From: Octopus vulgaris
Lineage: Eukaryota
Assembly: GCA_951406725.2 (NCBI GenBank)
Contig: OX597827.1
Coordinates: forward strand, 40,238,001-40,302,000
DNA length: 64,000 nt
Reading direction: 5' to 3'
Shown: positions 41,769-53,269 of the stretch, in pieces
Position numbering within the stretch: the first letter of the stretch is position 1
How the letters are laid out: every line of letters starts with the position of its first letter
Position numbers and translations under genes: made by a program
The notes under the pieces: model-generated
Databases searched by the model: none
What the model saw: only the letters and a program-made list of their open reading frames with translations
Told to the model about the DNA's origin: nothing

Positions 41769-42248
41769 TTGAGCATGTTGAGCATAACATGTCTTCTTGT
41801 TTTGGTTGGGCTTCTTTTTGGTGAAACCGATACAGAACATTCTCAACAGATATCCATCAGTGGTTCGTACATCGACATGTGCCTGAATCAGAGTCTGCCA
41901 TTTCTTCACCATGGAACACAATTTATCTCTGGTCAGGTCCATGCCGTGGAAATTGGTAAGAACGTTTTTGCCTTGAACTTCTTCGGCGATCAGCTTCATC
42001 TTGCGGAAGGCAATTTCGTCATTTTGAAGATCTGCTAGAGATACTTCAAACACGCGGCCTTTCAGACCTTCGGAGGCAATTTTAGTACCTTGTGTTCTAG
42101 TTACTAAAGTTTTGCCGACTTGCCTAATGTTAAACATACTAGGGGCTTTGACATCATACCAATCTTTTTTCGTGAAAGGGTCTACTGGTTTCTTTTTTTG
42201 GCCCTTTTTTCCACCTTTTGTAAGCCTCTTATTTTTACCAACCGCCAT
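41769..42248 (-). CDS. RPS3A: 40S ribosomal protein S3a (eS1), coding exon 1
   Basis: [16 protein letters not shown]...[14 protein letters not shown]...CYAQHAQ; donor CAA|gtaagt at 41768; 480 nt, phase 0. Confidence 0.98.
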
Positions 42249-42263
42249 GGCGAATGTTCAGAA

Positions 42264-42296
42264 GTGAGAAAGGAAGAGCGATTAGAGGCCACGTGG
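42264..42296 (-). promoter_or_regulatory. RPS3A TCT/5'TOP initiator and adjacent E-box
   Basis: Minus-strand CTCTTCCTTTCTC (42278-42266) about 20-30 nt before GCCATGG; palindromic CCACGTGG at 42289-42296. Confidence 0.8.
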
Positions 42297-42737
42297 TACG
42301 TGAACTCACATTCGTGTTCGTTAATTCTAAGAGTGAATGTAGGGGAGTAGTCGTTATTTGAAAACTAGTTCCGGAATACAGTGAAAAGAGAGAGAGTGAG
42401 AGGAGAAATCACAAACGCTTATTCTGACGGAATAAATTTCTTAATTACCTCCCTTTAACAATACATTTTATCCTAGTGTAAAATACATCCTACGCATGTC
42501 CGGAACAGCATTTTTTTTTTTACTATACAAGAATGTATATTGCAAAATAAATTCTTCCTCTAAAAATATAAAAATCTTATTTTTTAACTTACTAATCTTA
42601 AAAATGAATATATTCAGGTTTGGTTGAACAAACGAGAAGACTTAATATATGAGTATATACTTTATTTTTTAGTCGGTAAAAAGTCACACAATTGACTAAA
42701 GGTCCGAGAGTTTAGGGTATGGCAATAATCAAACTTA

Positions 42738-43607
42738 GGCAATCTTTCGTAACCGTACACGAAAAATGAGTCTATTTCTTGGATATTTCGGTTTGAACGG
42801 CAGTTTTTTTTAATAATTTCCACGTAACTAAACAATTTTAAACTTCGTATACTGGTTTAAAACATCTTTTTCTCAAGGCTTTATTGAGAAAATTCTTTGG
42901 TTTGTAAGATATTTGCTGTTTTTTTCTGCAATTTCAACCAATCAATGACGTCTATTGAGGTAAAAAAATATTCTGTGCCGTATGAATATGTCCCTCGTTT
43001 AAGAAACAGATTGGGTTTATTTACATTTGTGAAGAAAAAAAGATACCCTTCCCCCACCCCTAACCCTAAAAGAGATTGAAATGCAATCGATCGATGCTTG
43101 GGTCATAATTATGGGTGACAATTTCATATAACACCGCTCGAAAAAACTGCCGGGATCTTTTCGGTTTTTAACATAATTTCTAGGTAACTACAAAATTTTA
43201 AACTTCGTATACTGGTAGAATCTGTTTATAAAACATCCTTTTCTCTTGGCTTTATTGAGAAAATTCTTTAGTTTGTAAGATATTTGTTGTTGTTTTTCTT
43301 CAATTTCTGCAATTTCAACCAATCAGTGATGTCTATTGAGTTAAAAAGCATTCTGTGCCTTATGAATATGTCCCTCGTTTAAGAAACAGATTGGGTTTAC
43401 TTACATTTGTGAAGAAAAAAAGATACCCTTCCCCCAACCCTAAAAGAGATTGAAATGCAATAGATCGATTGTAGGGTCATAATTATGGGTGACAATTTCA
43501 TATGACACCGCTAGAAAAAACTGCCTTTCAAACCGAAAAGATCCCATTTTTGTACAGAAGTTGCCGAAATAGTTTCACCCTTCGTATACAGTTAGGGAAA
43601 GATTGCC
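42738..43607. mobile_element. Nested non-autonomous DNA transposons (outer MITE with 8-bp TSD containing two copies of a ~370-390 bp inner MITE)
   Basis: Exact TSD caaactta at 42730-42737 and 43608-43615; outer TIRs ggcaatctttc.../...gaaagattgcc; inner TIRs ggatatttcggtttgaacggcagtttttt / aaaaaactgcctttcaaaccgaaaagatccc; inner body present twice (42781-43151, 43152-43545). Confidence 0.8.
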
Positions 43608-44079
43608 CAAACTTATATGCATACGAATGTATGTCTAAATAGTATGGTCAAATGGTTAAGAAGTTTGTATTCCAGTCACGAGTTCCAGGGTGTCAGCTTG
43701 GACAGATACTGTTTTCTACATTTATTGACCTGAGTGAGTAAAACTGGGTAGACAGAAGCTATAGAAGCTTGTTGGATGGATTGTACATGTTATGTCATAC
43801 TGATTTTGGATGAAAATTTCCTTGATGATGCTCATTTCTGTGGACTGCTCGTCATTCAGGTGCAAGTAGTTGAGTCGAACAGACAACTAAATCCTCATCA
43901 ACACCACACACACACACAAACATCAAGGACTAGTAAGCATTAGGAAAGCCAGCCACAGGAACTATGTCAAGGCATAATGTACAAGCAAAACCCATTTAAG
44001 AAGGTAGTAAATCGAAATAAAAATAAATTTTGAGCTGTAGTATATTCTTGGTTATATGTATATATATGTATGTGTGTGT

Positions 44080-44306
44080 ATGGCACATAAAAAGCACCAT
44101 CCGATCGTGGCTGTTTGCCAGCCTCCTCTGGCACGTAAAAAGCACCCACTACACTCATGGAGTGGTTGGCGTTAGGAAGGGCATCCAGCTGTAGAAACAT
44201 TGCCAGATCAGACTGGGCCTGGTGCAGCCTTCTGGCTTCCCAGACCCCAGTTGAACTGTCCAACCCATACTAGCATGAGAGGCGGACGCTAAACGATGAT
44301 GATGAT
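44080..44306 (+). mobile_element. RTE-family 3' end fragment
   Basis: 'ggcacgtaaaaagcaccc...ggaagggcatccagctgtagaaac...ccaacccat' ending in (gat)n. Confidence 0.75.
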
Positions 44307-44844
44307 ATATATATATATATTAGGGTGTATAACTCCAAATTTACAGGGGAAAATTGTGTTGACTAACTCTCCGCTGTGTGTGTGTGATCATTTTACGTCC
44401 ATTTCCTATGCTGGCATGAGTTTGATGGTTTGACTAGAGCTGGTAAGGTCAGTATCTACACTAGGCTCCATTGTCTGTTCTGGCATGGTTTCTCCAGTTG
44501 GATGCCCTTCCTAACATCAACAACTCCACAGAGTGTATTGGGCACTTTTAAGTGGTACTAGCACCAGTGCTTTTAACATGGCTCCATGTGTGTGTGTAAC
44601 AAATACCTTCCTAGATTCTTAGCCAGGATTCAATATCTTGCCTAGATTTATTTCTATTACAGTTCTGTTGCCTAAGTGAACATTCTTATGTTTAAAAAAG
44701 GGTTCAGATAAGATAACTGATGAAAAATCTTTTGTTCAGTCTGACCTAATTTAGTTGGAAAAAATATAATTACAGAACCCAAAATCAGTTCTACCTCTTT
44801 TACCTGAGCACATGGGGGTAGCAGGGAACTGTACCAGATAGCTA

Positions 44845-47140
44845 GAAGACAGGTATTCTAGTTAATGGAGAAGCAGAAAAAATGTTTGCCTTTGTTCAGC
44901 CATGTGAAGACCGAAGACTTGAAGTTTTTCGGATTGCAAGACAGTCTATGTGAGAAAATTGTGATGTCATAGAAGAGAAATATGTCTGCATGGATGGTGG
45001 CACTCTTGCATGTAATGATTCTGCAAAGAAAGAAGCTTGGAAATGTCATTATGAAAAACTGCTGAACATGGAGGAGAGTCTGTGAAATGTTGACCCAATT
45101 GGGAGACCAGCTATCTGAATTGACAGTATCTTGGTAGATAAAGCAATTAAGAATATGAAGACAGGGAAAGTTCCCAGCCCATCAGGAATCACCACTGAGA
45201 TGCTTAAAATATCTAGTGGTGTGGGTTATGGTCTAGTCACCTGTATTGTAAATCAGGTGGTTCATGAAGGAATCATACCCAATGATTGGGGTAGCAGCAC
45301 CATAGTCAATTGCTACAAATGTAAAAGTGATACCTTAGATAGGAATAATTACAGATGTATCAAATTATTGGATCAGATGATGAAAGTTATGGAGAGAGTC
45401 AGAGCCCAACTAATTAGGGAGAAAGTTAGTCTAGATGAGATGTAGTTTGGTTTTGTGCCAGGTAGAAGCACCACTGATGCTATATTTCTGGTAAGGCAGC
45501 TGCAAGAGAAATACATAGCCAAAGATAAAACCTCTGTACTTGTCTTTTATTGACTCAGAGAAAGCCTTTGATAGAGTCCCCTGATCCCTTATCTGGTGGT
45601 CAATGTGGAAACTAGAGATAGATAAGTGGTTGGTCAGAGCTGTACTAGCCATGGACAGAGATGCTACCAATAAGGTGAGGGTTAGCAACAACTACAGCAA
45701 AGAATTCAGGGTACCAGTAGGGGTTCACCAAGGAATGGTCCTCAGCCCCCTCTTGTTCATCATAATCCTCCAGGCAATAACAGGAATTTAAGATAGGTAG
45801 CCCCTGGGAGCTCTCCTATGTTGATGATCTTGTTCTTATAGCTGAATCACTACCAGAACTAGAGAAGTTTCAGGTATGGAAGCAAGGTCTAGAATTGAAG
45901 GACTTTGAATTAACCTAGCAAAAACCAAAGTCTTAGTAAGTAGGAAGGCAGACAAATCACAAATCCCTTCAGGTAGATGATCTTGCTCAATCTGTAGAAA
46001 AGGCATAGGTAGAAACTCCATAAGATGTACTTGGGACACATAAGAAGTGTGTTAACAGGGAAAATAGCTTTTGTGTGTGGAAGATGCACAGGTACAATAA
46101 ACACCAAAAAGGTACAGAAAACAGACTTCATCAACTGCCAGCAGGGTAAGCTAGAGGTAATAGATAGCTTCCATTATCAAGGTGACCAAGTTAGTAGCAG
46201 AGGTGAATGCTCTGAGAGCATAGCTGTGAGAATAGGATTAGTCCGGGCAAAGTTCAGAGAGCTCCTACTTCTGCTGGCAACAATGGGCCTCTCCCTCAAA
46301 GTGAAAGGCAGATTGTATGATGCCTGTGTATGAACAACTATACTACATGTCAGTGAAGCATGAGCTGTGACAGCTAAGGACATGTGTAGGCTTGCAAAAA
46401 AATAAAGCCAGTATGCTTCACTGGATGTGCAATGTCAGTGTACATGTTTGACAGATTGTAAGCATCTTGAGAGAAAAGTTGGGCATAAGAGGCATCAGAT
46501 GTGGTGCACAAGAGAGACGACTACACAGGTGTGGCCATGTGGTGCATATGGATGGGGACAGCTATGTAAAGAAGTACCGATCTCTAACTGTGGAGGGAAC
46601 ATGTGGTAGAGCTACACACAAGAAGACATGGGATGAGGTGGTGTAGCATGATCTTTGAACTTTGGTCCACACAGAGGAAATTACTAATGCCTGAGACCTT
46701 TGGCATTATGCTGTGCTTGAGCAGACCTGTCAAGCCAAGTAAAATCGTAGTTGTGGCTGATGTCAGTGTCATGTAACTGGCACCCATGCTGGGGGCACAT
46801 AAAAAGCACCTTTTGCATGTTGGGCCTCTTGAAGCACAGCGGCTGATGCTGGTGGCATGTGAAAAGTTCCTTTTGATTGTTGGACCTCACAGAGGCAATG
46901 ACCAAGACCTTTGGCATTATGTCGTGCTTGAGAAGAAGTCCCATCAAGCCAAGTAAAATTGCAGTTGTGGCAGATACCAATGTTGTGTCAGTGGCATGTA
47001 AAAGCACCCATTATACTCTTGGAGTGGTTGGTGTTAGGAAGGGCATCCTACTATAGAAACCATGCCAAATCAGACTGGAGTATGGTGCAGCCTTCCAGCT
47101 TGCCTGGTCAAACTGTCCAACCCATGTCAGCATGGACAAT
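44845..47140 (+). mobile_element. 5'-truncated RTE-clade LINE, reverse transcriptase pseudogene with 3' UTR
   Basis: MKTGKVPSPSGITTEMLK, NNYRCIKLL, FGFVPGRSTTDAIF, GVHQGMVLSPLLF and LLYVDDLVL (YxDD); many stops. Confidence 0.9.
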
Positions 47141-47428
47141 GTGTACTGACCCCAGGTGGCTATGACGGCAAACAAAATGAGATAGCAGAAACATGTGCTT
47201 GCAAACAGGTTGTAAAATAGGGAAAGCAATACATGTATCATGATAGATACTGAACATAATTGCAGAGTTTGGTGCAGTAAACCTTTAGCTACACAGCTAT
47301 GCATATCAAACTAAATGCAAAACATGGAAAATGAAAATACAATGTGAAAACATGCATAGGAACAATATTTGTGAATAACTTTCTTTGAAAAAGAAATAAC
47401 AAACAGTTTGTGTTATAATACAAAGTGC

Positions 47429-47570
47429 GGGAGTGGCTGTGTGGTAAGTAGCTTGCTTACCAACCACATGGTTCCGCGTTCAGTCCCACTGCGTGGCACC
47501 TTGGGCAAGTGTCTTCTACTATAGCCTCGGGCTGACCAAAGCCTTGTGAGTGGATTTGGTAGACAGAAAA
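47429..47570 (+). mobile_element. tRNA-derived SINE 5' half
   Basis: ggagtggctgtgtggtaagtagcttgcttaccaaccacatggttccgcgttcagtccc... Confidence 0.85.
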
Positions 47571-47629
47571 TGAATAGAATTGATATCCTAAAACCAAGGT
47601 ACCATATGAAAAGCATTGTTCTAAATTTT

Positions 47630-48660
47630 GTGGTGTGTTTTCTTATTCTTTTTTTTTTCTTGTGGGGGAAATGGAGTGGGTGGGTTTGGTGTCTGTATGG
47701 GGAGGGTGGGTCTGAGTGATCTTGGGTGGGATGGAGTTGGACTGGGGTACCACATCATACTCAGTGTCTTTTCTTTTTTTTCTCTTTCTCTTTCTGCTCT
47801 CTGTAACTTTCCATTCTTCCTCCTTTCCTCAATCTGCCTTTTCTTCCTCTCTTTTCTCTTCCATCTCCACAACTGTTTCCTCAGCCATTGTCCTCTGTAG
47901 AGGGCAGTATGCTCTAATGTGGCCCTTTTGGCCACATTTAAAACAATGTGGTACTCTACCCTCTACCTACACCCTCAGCACGATTTTCCCCAATGTCACC
48001 GTCTCTGCCAAGTTCTCCAGTTGCCCTCATCCGTCTGAATAATGAGTTCAAGTGTCTTTCCTTTCCACCCTCCTTCTTCCGTTTCTGTGGCTTGGAGGAC
48101 AGCCACCTTCTCCTTGCTTCCAACAAGGACAGCTGCTGCTACCCAAGCCACTTCTATATCTGGTGAAATTGCTTCTACCCTCACCTTGGAAGTCTTTCTT
48201 CCAAGGTATGTAGGCAGAAGCACTACTTCCTCTGTTTTCACTGCCACACTCGCCAGCCTCCTCACCTCCTCTATTGTCCTAAATTGGACGACTGTTGTCC
48301 TATATCTTCTTTGATTGTTCCCTCAGCGCCTTTTCCACTTCTGCTTTTTTTCCTTTTAACGAATACACCTTATAGGTGATCGTTTTCCTCTCCATAATTC
48401 CTTTGGGGAGCGACATCTTCATGTCGCTGCTCACCTTCTCATACTCCTTCAGACCAGCTAAGTCTAGCTCCCTTCGCGTCACTTCTGTGGCTTCAGCAAA
48501 ACTCCTTATCTTCAACACTCTGTCCATCTTTATGACTGCCCTTACCAGCTCCTCCTCCTCCTCTGACAACTCAGACCCATCAAGGTCTGAGTACATCTTC
48601 TATGCAACACAAAAAACTACGTCTGACTCTTACGAAATCCAGACAGCAAATAACCCAATG
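47630..48660 (-). mobile_element. Frameshifted gag/ORF1-like retroelement fragment with CCHC zinc knuckle
   Basis: Minus strand reads PHCFKCGQKGHIRAYCPL (~47897-47952; CX2CX4HX4C), preceded by broken ORF pieces 48300-48596 and 47996-48265 and followed by a charged tail and A-rich end. Confidence 0.7.
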
Positions 48661-48679
48661 CATGCACAGATGCAAGCTT

Positions 48680-48905
48680 CTTATTTCTTTATTGCCCACA
48701 AGGGGCTAAACACAGAGAGGACAGACAAACGGATTAAGTCGATTATATCGACCCCAGTGCGTAACTGGTACTTATTTAATCGACCCCGAAAGGATGAAGG
48801 GCAAAGTCGACCTAAGCGGAATTTGAACTCAGAACATAGCGGCAGACGAAATACGGCTACGCATTTCGCCCAGCGTACTAACATGTCTTCCACCTCGCCG
48901 CCTTC
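48680..48905 (-). mobile_element. SINE (second family), well preserved
   Basis: Minus-strand head 'ggcggcgaggtggaagac...gagttcaaattccgc', core 'gtcgactttgcccttcatcctttcggggtcgat', tail 'gggcaataaagaaataag'. Confidence 0.85.
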
Positions 48906-49251
48906 TTACCACACAGCCTCACCTGTGCCTGTGTATGTATTATCACCATCTACTGTTTGCAAGATGTTCTGGTTATACAAACTAATGAAGCTGCAAATAT
49001 TTTGATGAAACTGTAGCTAACTTTTTGCCAATGTTGGTAAGAACATTATATGAGAGGATTTCACCAGATACTAGTTCATTTTCTAATTTTACATGTTTGA
49101 GTATTTCATGTAAGTTTGATGAAACAAACAAGAGAAATAGGATTCAATATAAGAGTATATATGCTTTTCCTTTTAATTAGCAGAAAGTTACACAAGTTAT
49201 TCATAGGCTGAGTTTTATGAAATTTTCAGCTAAGTTACTTTTCTAACTTTA

Positions 49252-49615
49252 TCTCTCTATATATAAACGGCAAAATGTTTGTGTGTGTATCCTTTATACA
49301 AATCCACAATTTTTCAGTTAGAGGGCTCACATTTTCTATGGTCATTCAAAACCGTCCAAGTGTGGTCGTGCTTATCTTTACATTTCCCCAGTCACCCCGC
49401 AAAGCCATTAAAAAATCAATAGAAGTGACTTTTTTGTAAATTTTCTATCCAAAAGCCAATCAAAATGCCCGAAACTTGATATGCCAATTGAATGCCAGCT
49501 AGCTGTATGTGATTGGTCGGAGATTTGGACAGTACTCACGTGTATGTGTGCACGCACGCAGCTGTATATGCATGCACTAGCACTATGACCAGGTGTTGCC
49601 GGGTCATAGTGCTAG
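49252..49615 (+). mobile_element. Non-autonomous Helitron-like element
   Basis: a|TCtctctatatataaa 5' end; subterminal hairpin; CTAG|t 3' end; inserted between A and T with no TSD. Confidence 0.65.
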
Positions 49616-49668
49616 TGGGGATTAAAATAGTACTCAACACGCACACACACACACAGAACATAAGTGTT

Positions 49669-50068
49669 CAAAATTCACAACAGCTGTTTCAGCAACATTT
49701 TATTGATGCATTCTCAGATAACATCATGGCAAAACCCCTCCATCTTTAGGTAAATTTCAAATATATAAACAGGTAAGGTAGAAATAGAGGCAACTAGTTT
49801 CCAAAATTCACAACAGCTGTTTCACTGGCAGTTTATTGATACATTCTCAGATAACATCATGGCAAAAAAACCCCACCATCTTTAGGTAAATTTCAAACAT
49901 ATAAACAGGTAAGGTAGAAATAGAGGCAACTAGTTTCCAAAATTCACAACAGCTGTTTCACTGGCATTTTATTGATGCATTCTCAGATAACATCATGGCA
50001 AAACCCCACCATCTTTAGGTAAATTTCAAACATATAAACAGGTAAGGCAGAAATAGAGGCAACTAGTT
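49669..50068. repeat. Tandem repeat, 3 copies of a ~133-136 bp unit
   Basis: Units start at 49669, 49802 and 49938 with 'caaaattcacaacagctgtttc...gaaatagaggcaactagtt'; nearly identical. Confidence 0.95.
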
Positions 50069-51649
50069 CACCCACAATCATGGCAGACATTTTCCATTAT
50101 GATTGTTGGTTAACTGGTGTCAATGCAGAATGTGCTACATGTCCTTGACTGAACTAGAGAATACTACTGTCTCAGCAAGAGGTGACAGATCAGCATTTCC
50201 TTCCAAGTTGATCCAGTTTTAATATAAAATAAAGAAAAGAAAAAAGAAGATACACCCTCCGTCCCATATAACTTCTCTGTCAGAATGATATCTTAACTTA
50301 GTACAACTTTTATTATGTTTGGTGAGTTGTAATGACACATTTATATTGGCGCGGTTACAAAGTTCGCTACACAACTACGTTGTTTCAGGTTTAATCCAAT
50401 TACATAACATGACCACAGTAGTTAAATTTAGTAGGCAGAGAACATATTTGGAGCGGTAGACTAATCCGCCATTCGGTTTAACATGACTATCTAACACCTT
50501 AATGTATAAAGTATGTTGCCGATAGATATCAGACACTCCCACCTCTCAGCAGTGTCCACTCAGTTGCAAGAATTCGGTCAACTCTTCGGTATGAGGACAA
50601 CTCGCACTTTCTAGTTTCGGAAGCTCTGAACATGGGCGCTGCACTTCCTCCTCTTGACTAAATAGTCTACACAAATATATAAATTTGAAAAAAAAAAAAA
50701 AAGAGCTTCTTTGAAAAAGTTACGGTATGAATAAAAAAGAAAGTAAAAGAGAAAGGTCCTCCATTAAATCTCATATCTGTCATAAATGTTATGTATAAAG
50801 TTTACAGAAACGAATAATCATGCCAACAATCTCACTTTTGTGAAATTTATTAACATACTTTTGCTGACGCAGACCGCTAAGTTTAGCCGGGCTGGAGATT
50901 TTCTTTCCTGTTATGTAATTGTAATTGAGAGAAATTGGTTTAGAATTTAATACCACTTTTTATTTTAAACTAAATTAAATGTCATATTCAATAAAATATA
51001 CTTCATCTGCATCCAACTGACTTTAACTTAGAAAAGAGAGAAAAAAAAGAAATAAAAACAATTTTTGGTTCATACGAATCATTCTCAGAATCTTTCCTCA
51101 GTCAAGTTCACACTTGCTTTACCCAAAATGCAACAGGCATCCGGCTGATTATAATATTTGTCCGAAAAAAAAATTGATAAATATTAATTATTCACGAATA
51201 TAATTATCATATTTTATTAATATTAATACTTTCAGTCGTAAAGGAGTATGGATTTAATTTAAGCGAATAAATATACACTAATCTCTGTCCTATTTTTATT
51301 TACTTCCTACCCACTTATCGGTTCTACGAAAAAAAATATATAACTTAAAACAATCATTTTTATTTGAGATATATTTAATCTACATTTATTACCATTAATA
51401 AAAAAAGAAACACTTTCAGAACTTCCGTTCCAGCTTCCATTTATATATATATATATTTATAAAATAATACATTTCAGTGACTAATCATTAAAAAGGATGT
51501 CTCCTCTTCCATTTCTTTTTATAACCTAATTAGACTATGTTGATATTTGTCGTCAAATCAGTGTATAGAAATATAATCCTTTGAAAAAACCCAGATTACT
51601 TATTACCTAAATTAACATTGTCATATGTTAGAATAGAAATTACGAGTGA

Positions 51650-51800
51650 AATAAGAGATAGAAAGAAGGGACGAAGAGGAGGTTAAACTCCGCAGTTGAT
51701 CCTGTCTCCTCCCGTTTCTGCGCGTCTAGTTTTCTACTACCGTGCATGCGCTGTCCGTTTATCTCGGAGCTCCATTATTGTTCTGCTGCTGTTGTAGCGA
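51650..51800 (+). promoter_or_regulatory. Putative CpG-rich promoter/TSS of the C6orf62-like transcription unit
   Basis: Abrupt switch from very AT-rich to CpG-rich sequence; 'tgcgcg' and NRF1-like 'gtgcatgcgc'; it precedes the chain of plus-strand ORFs. Confidence 0.45.
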
Positions 51801-51972
51801 GCGAAGAGGACAGCTTGCTTGTTCTCTTTCTTTATTCTTTCAGACAAATATTTCATTGCTTCTGGTACTGATTTTGTCAGTCAGCAAATCTTCCACTGAG
51901 TCTCATGCAGAAACTTGCCGTAGCAGGAAATATGCTGTCGTGCCTTTCTCGGCACTGCCTCATACTTCGACC

Positions 51973-52785
51973 ATGGATGTTGACGAAGGACCCAGCAACA
52001 TATACATAACAGCCCTGTTGGCAGAGAGACCCACCAACTCTTTTTGTAATTATAATAATAATTACTATTATAATCTTTGTTGTCAACGCCAACGCCCCTT
52101 GCCTCAACAACTTCATTACTGTTACTATTACAGCTACTGTTATTATTACTATTACCACTCTCGTCATCTTCGCCAACTCACTGGAATCTCTTCTACTGCG
52201 ACCAACAACACCAATCTCATTGCCGCTGCCCTTGCTGCTGCTACCTCTATAACCACCATTTATATAGCCTTATTTGCTGTTGTTGACAGTTTTCTATTTC
52301 TTCTGTTTTTATCAGCGCATCAAAACACCAACATAGACAACAACAGCACAAATACTGACATTAAGACCACCTCTATTACAAATAACAGAACCAACATAAA
52401 CTCCAGTAGAAACACCATTAACAATAACACGAACATTACCACAGTTGTCTCCACGACGAACAACAACAACAACAACAACAGAAAGTATTTAACTAATACT
52501 CAAAGCACTTTTCTCTCTTTACCCGTCTCCTCTTACTTCTACCTCGCCAGTAACAAGTACACGACCATCGACATAGACCAGGGTGACATCGACAACATTG
52601 TCGGCATCAACCTCAGCAGCAAAAGGAAACGACGTTCGAACAGAAGTGACGGCGCACAACAGTCAACACAATGTCTCGGAAGTGATTGCGAATGGGACTG
52701 TCTCGATGAGAAAAGCTTGTTTGAAACGATCAATTTCCTATCATCCTACCCGCTCACATCATCATTTGTAGATTTAATCAAATAG
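51973..52785 (+). CDS. Putative 270-aa ORF (possible large uORF or first cistron) with a hydrophobic segment, N/T-rich linker and a Cys/acidic C-terminal motif
   Basis: ACCATGG Kozak start; 813 nt open (frame open from at least 51742) through trinucleotide repeats; C-terminus KRKRRS...CLGSDCEWDCLDEKSLFETINFLSSYP; no homologue recognised. Confidence 0.4.
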   Translation: MDVDEGPSNIYITALLAERPTNSFCNYNNNYYYNLCCQRQRPLPQQLHYCYYYSYCYYYYYHSRHLRQLTGISSTATNNTNLIAAALAAATSITTIYIALFAVVDSFLFLLFLSAHQNTNIDNNSTNTDIKTTSITNNRTNINSSRNTINNNTNITTVVSTTNNNNNNNRKYLTNTQSTFLSLPVSSYFYLASNKYTTIDIDQGDIDNIVGINLSSKRKRRSNRSDGAQQSTQCLGSDCEWDCLDEKSLFETINFLSSYPLTSSFVDLIK

Positions 52786-53269
52786 AACTGATAGCCAGAG
52801 AGAGATAGGAGAGCAACAACGATATTATAACAGTAATGATGATAGTAGCAAAGCTGTATTAAGTAAATTATTCGCAACTATACATACAAAACAATCATAC
52901 ACATTATACATTTAATATGTAAACAATATTGTATATTTATTTTGTATACATAACTCTTATAGCAACATGTATTTAGACATAAGTTAACAGTGAATTTTCA
53001 GATGGGAGGGAATAAGGTTCTATCTTAAAACTCAGTATTTAAGCTTTTTTTGTTTTTTTTTATATGCACTCATGGTTTCTCAGAGTCCCGAATTAGATTT
53101 ATGTAATAATTATTTTTATTACAACACATCTATTTCTTAGCTAAGCCAAACACTAGTTTGCTTGTTGACTGAAAACAAATTTTTTTCAATATGCTTGCAA
53201 GTTGAAAGTGAATTTTTTTTTTTCTTTTGTTTTTGGTGTTACTATCTGCTGTAAAAATCATTTTTCAGC

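Noticed and set aside
43058-43070. ccctaaccctaa telomere-like motif
   Set aside because: Only two units, internal to the MITE.
48376-49005. 209-aa plus-strand ORF
   Set aside because: Antisense shadow of the ORF1-like fragment running into a SINE.
51742-51972. N-terminal 77 aa of the 347-aa ORF in the track
   Set aside because: It begins at a GTG in the presumed promoter/TSS zone. The first in-frame ATG with a strong context is at 51973, although a non-AUG extension cannot be excluded.
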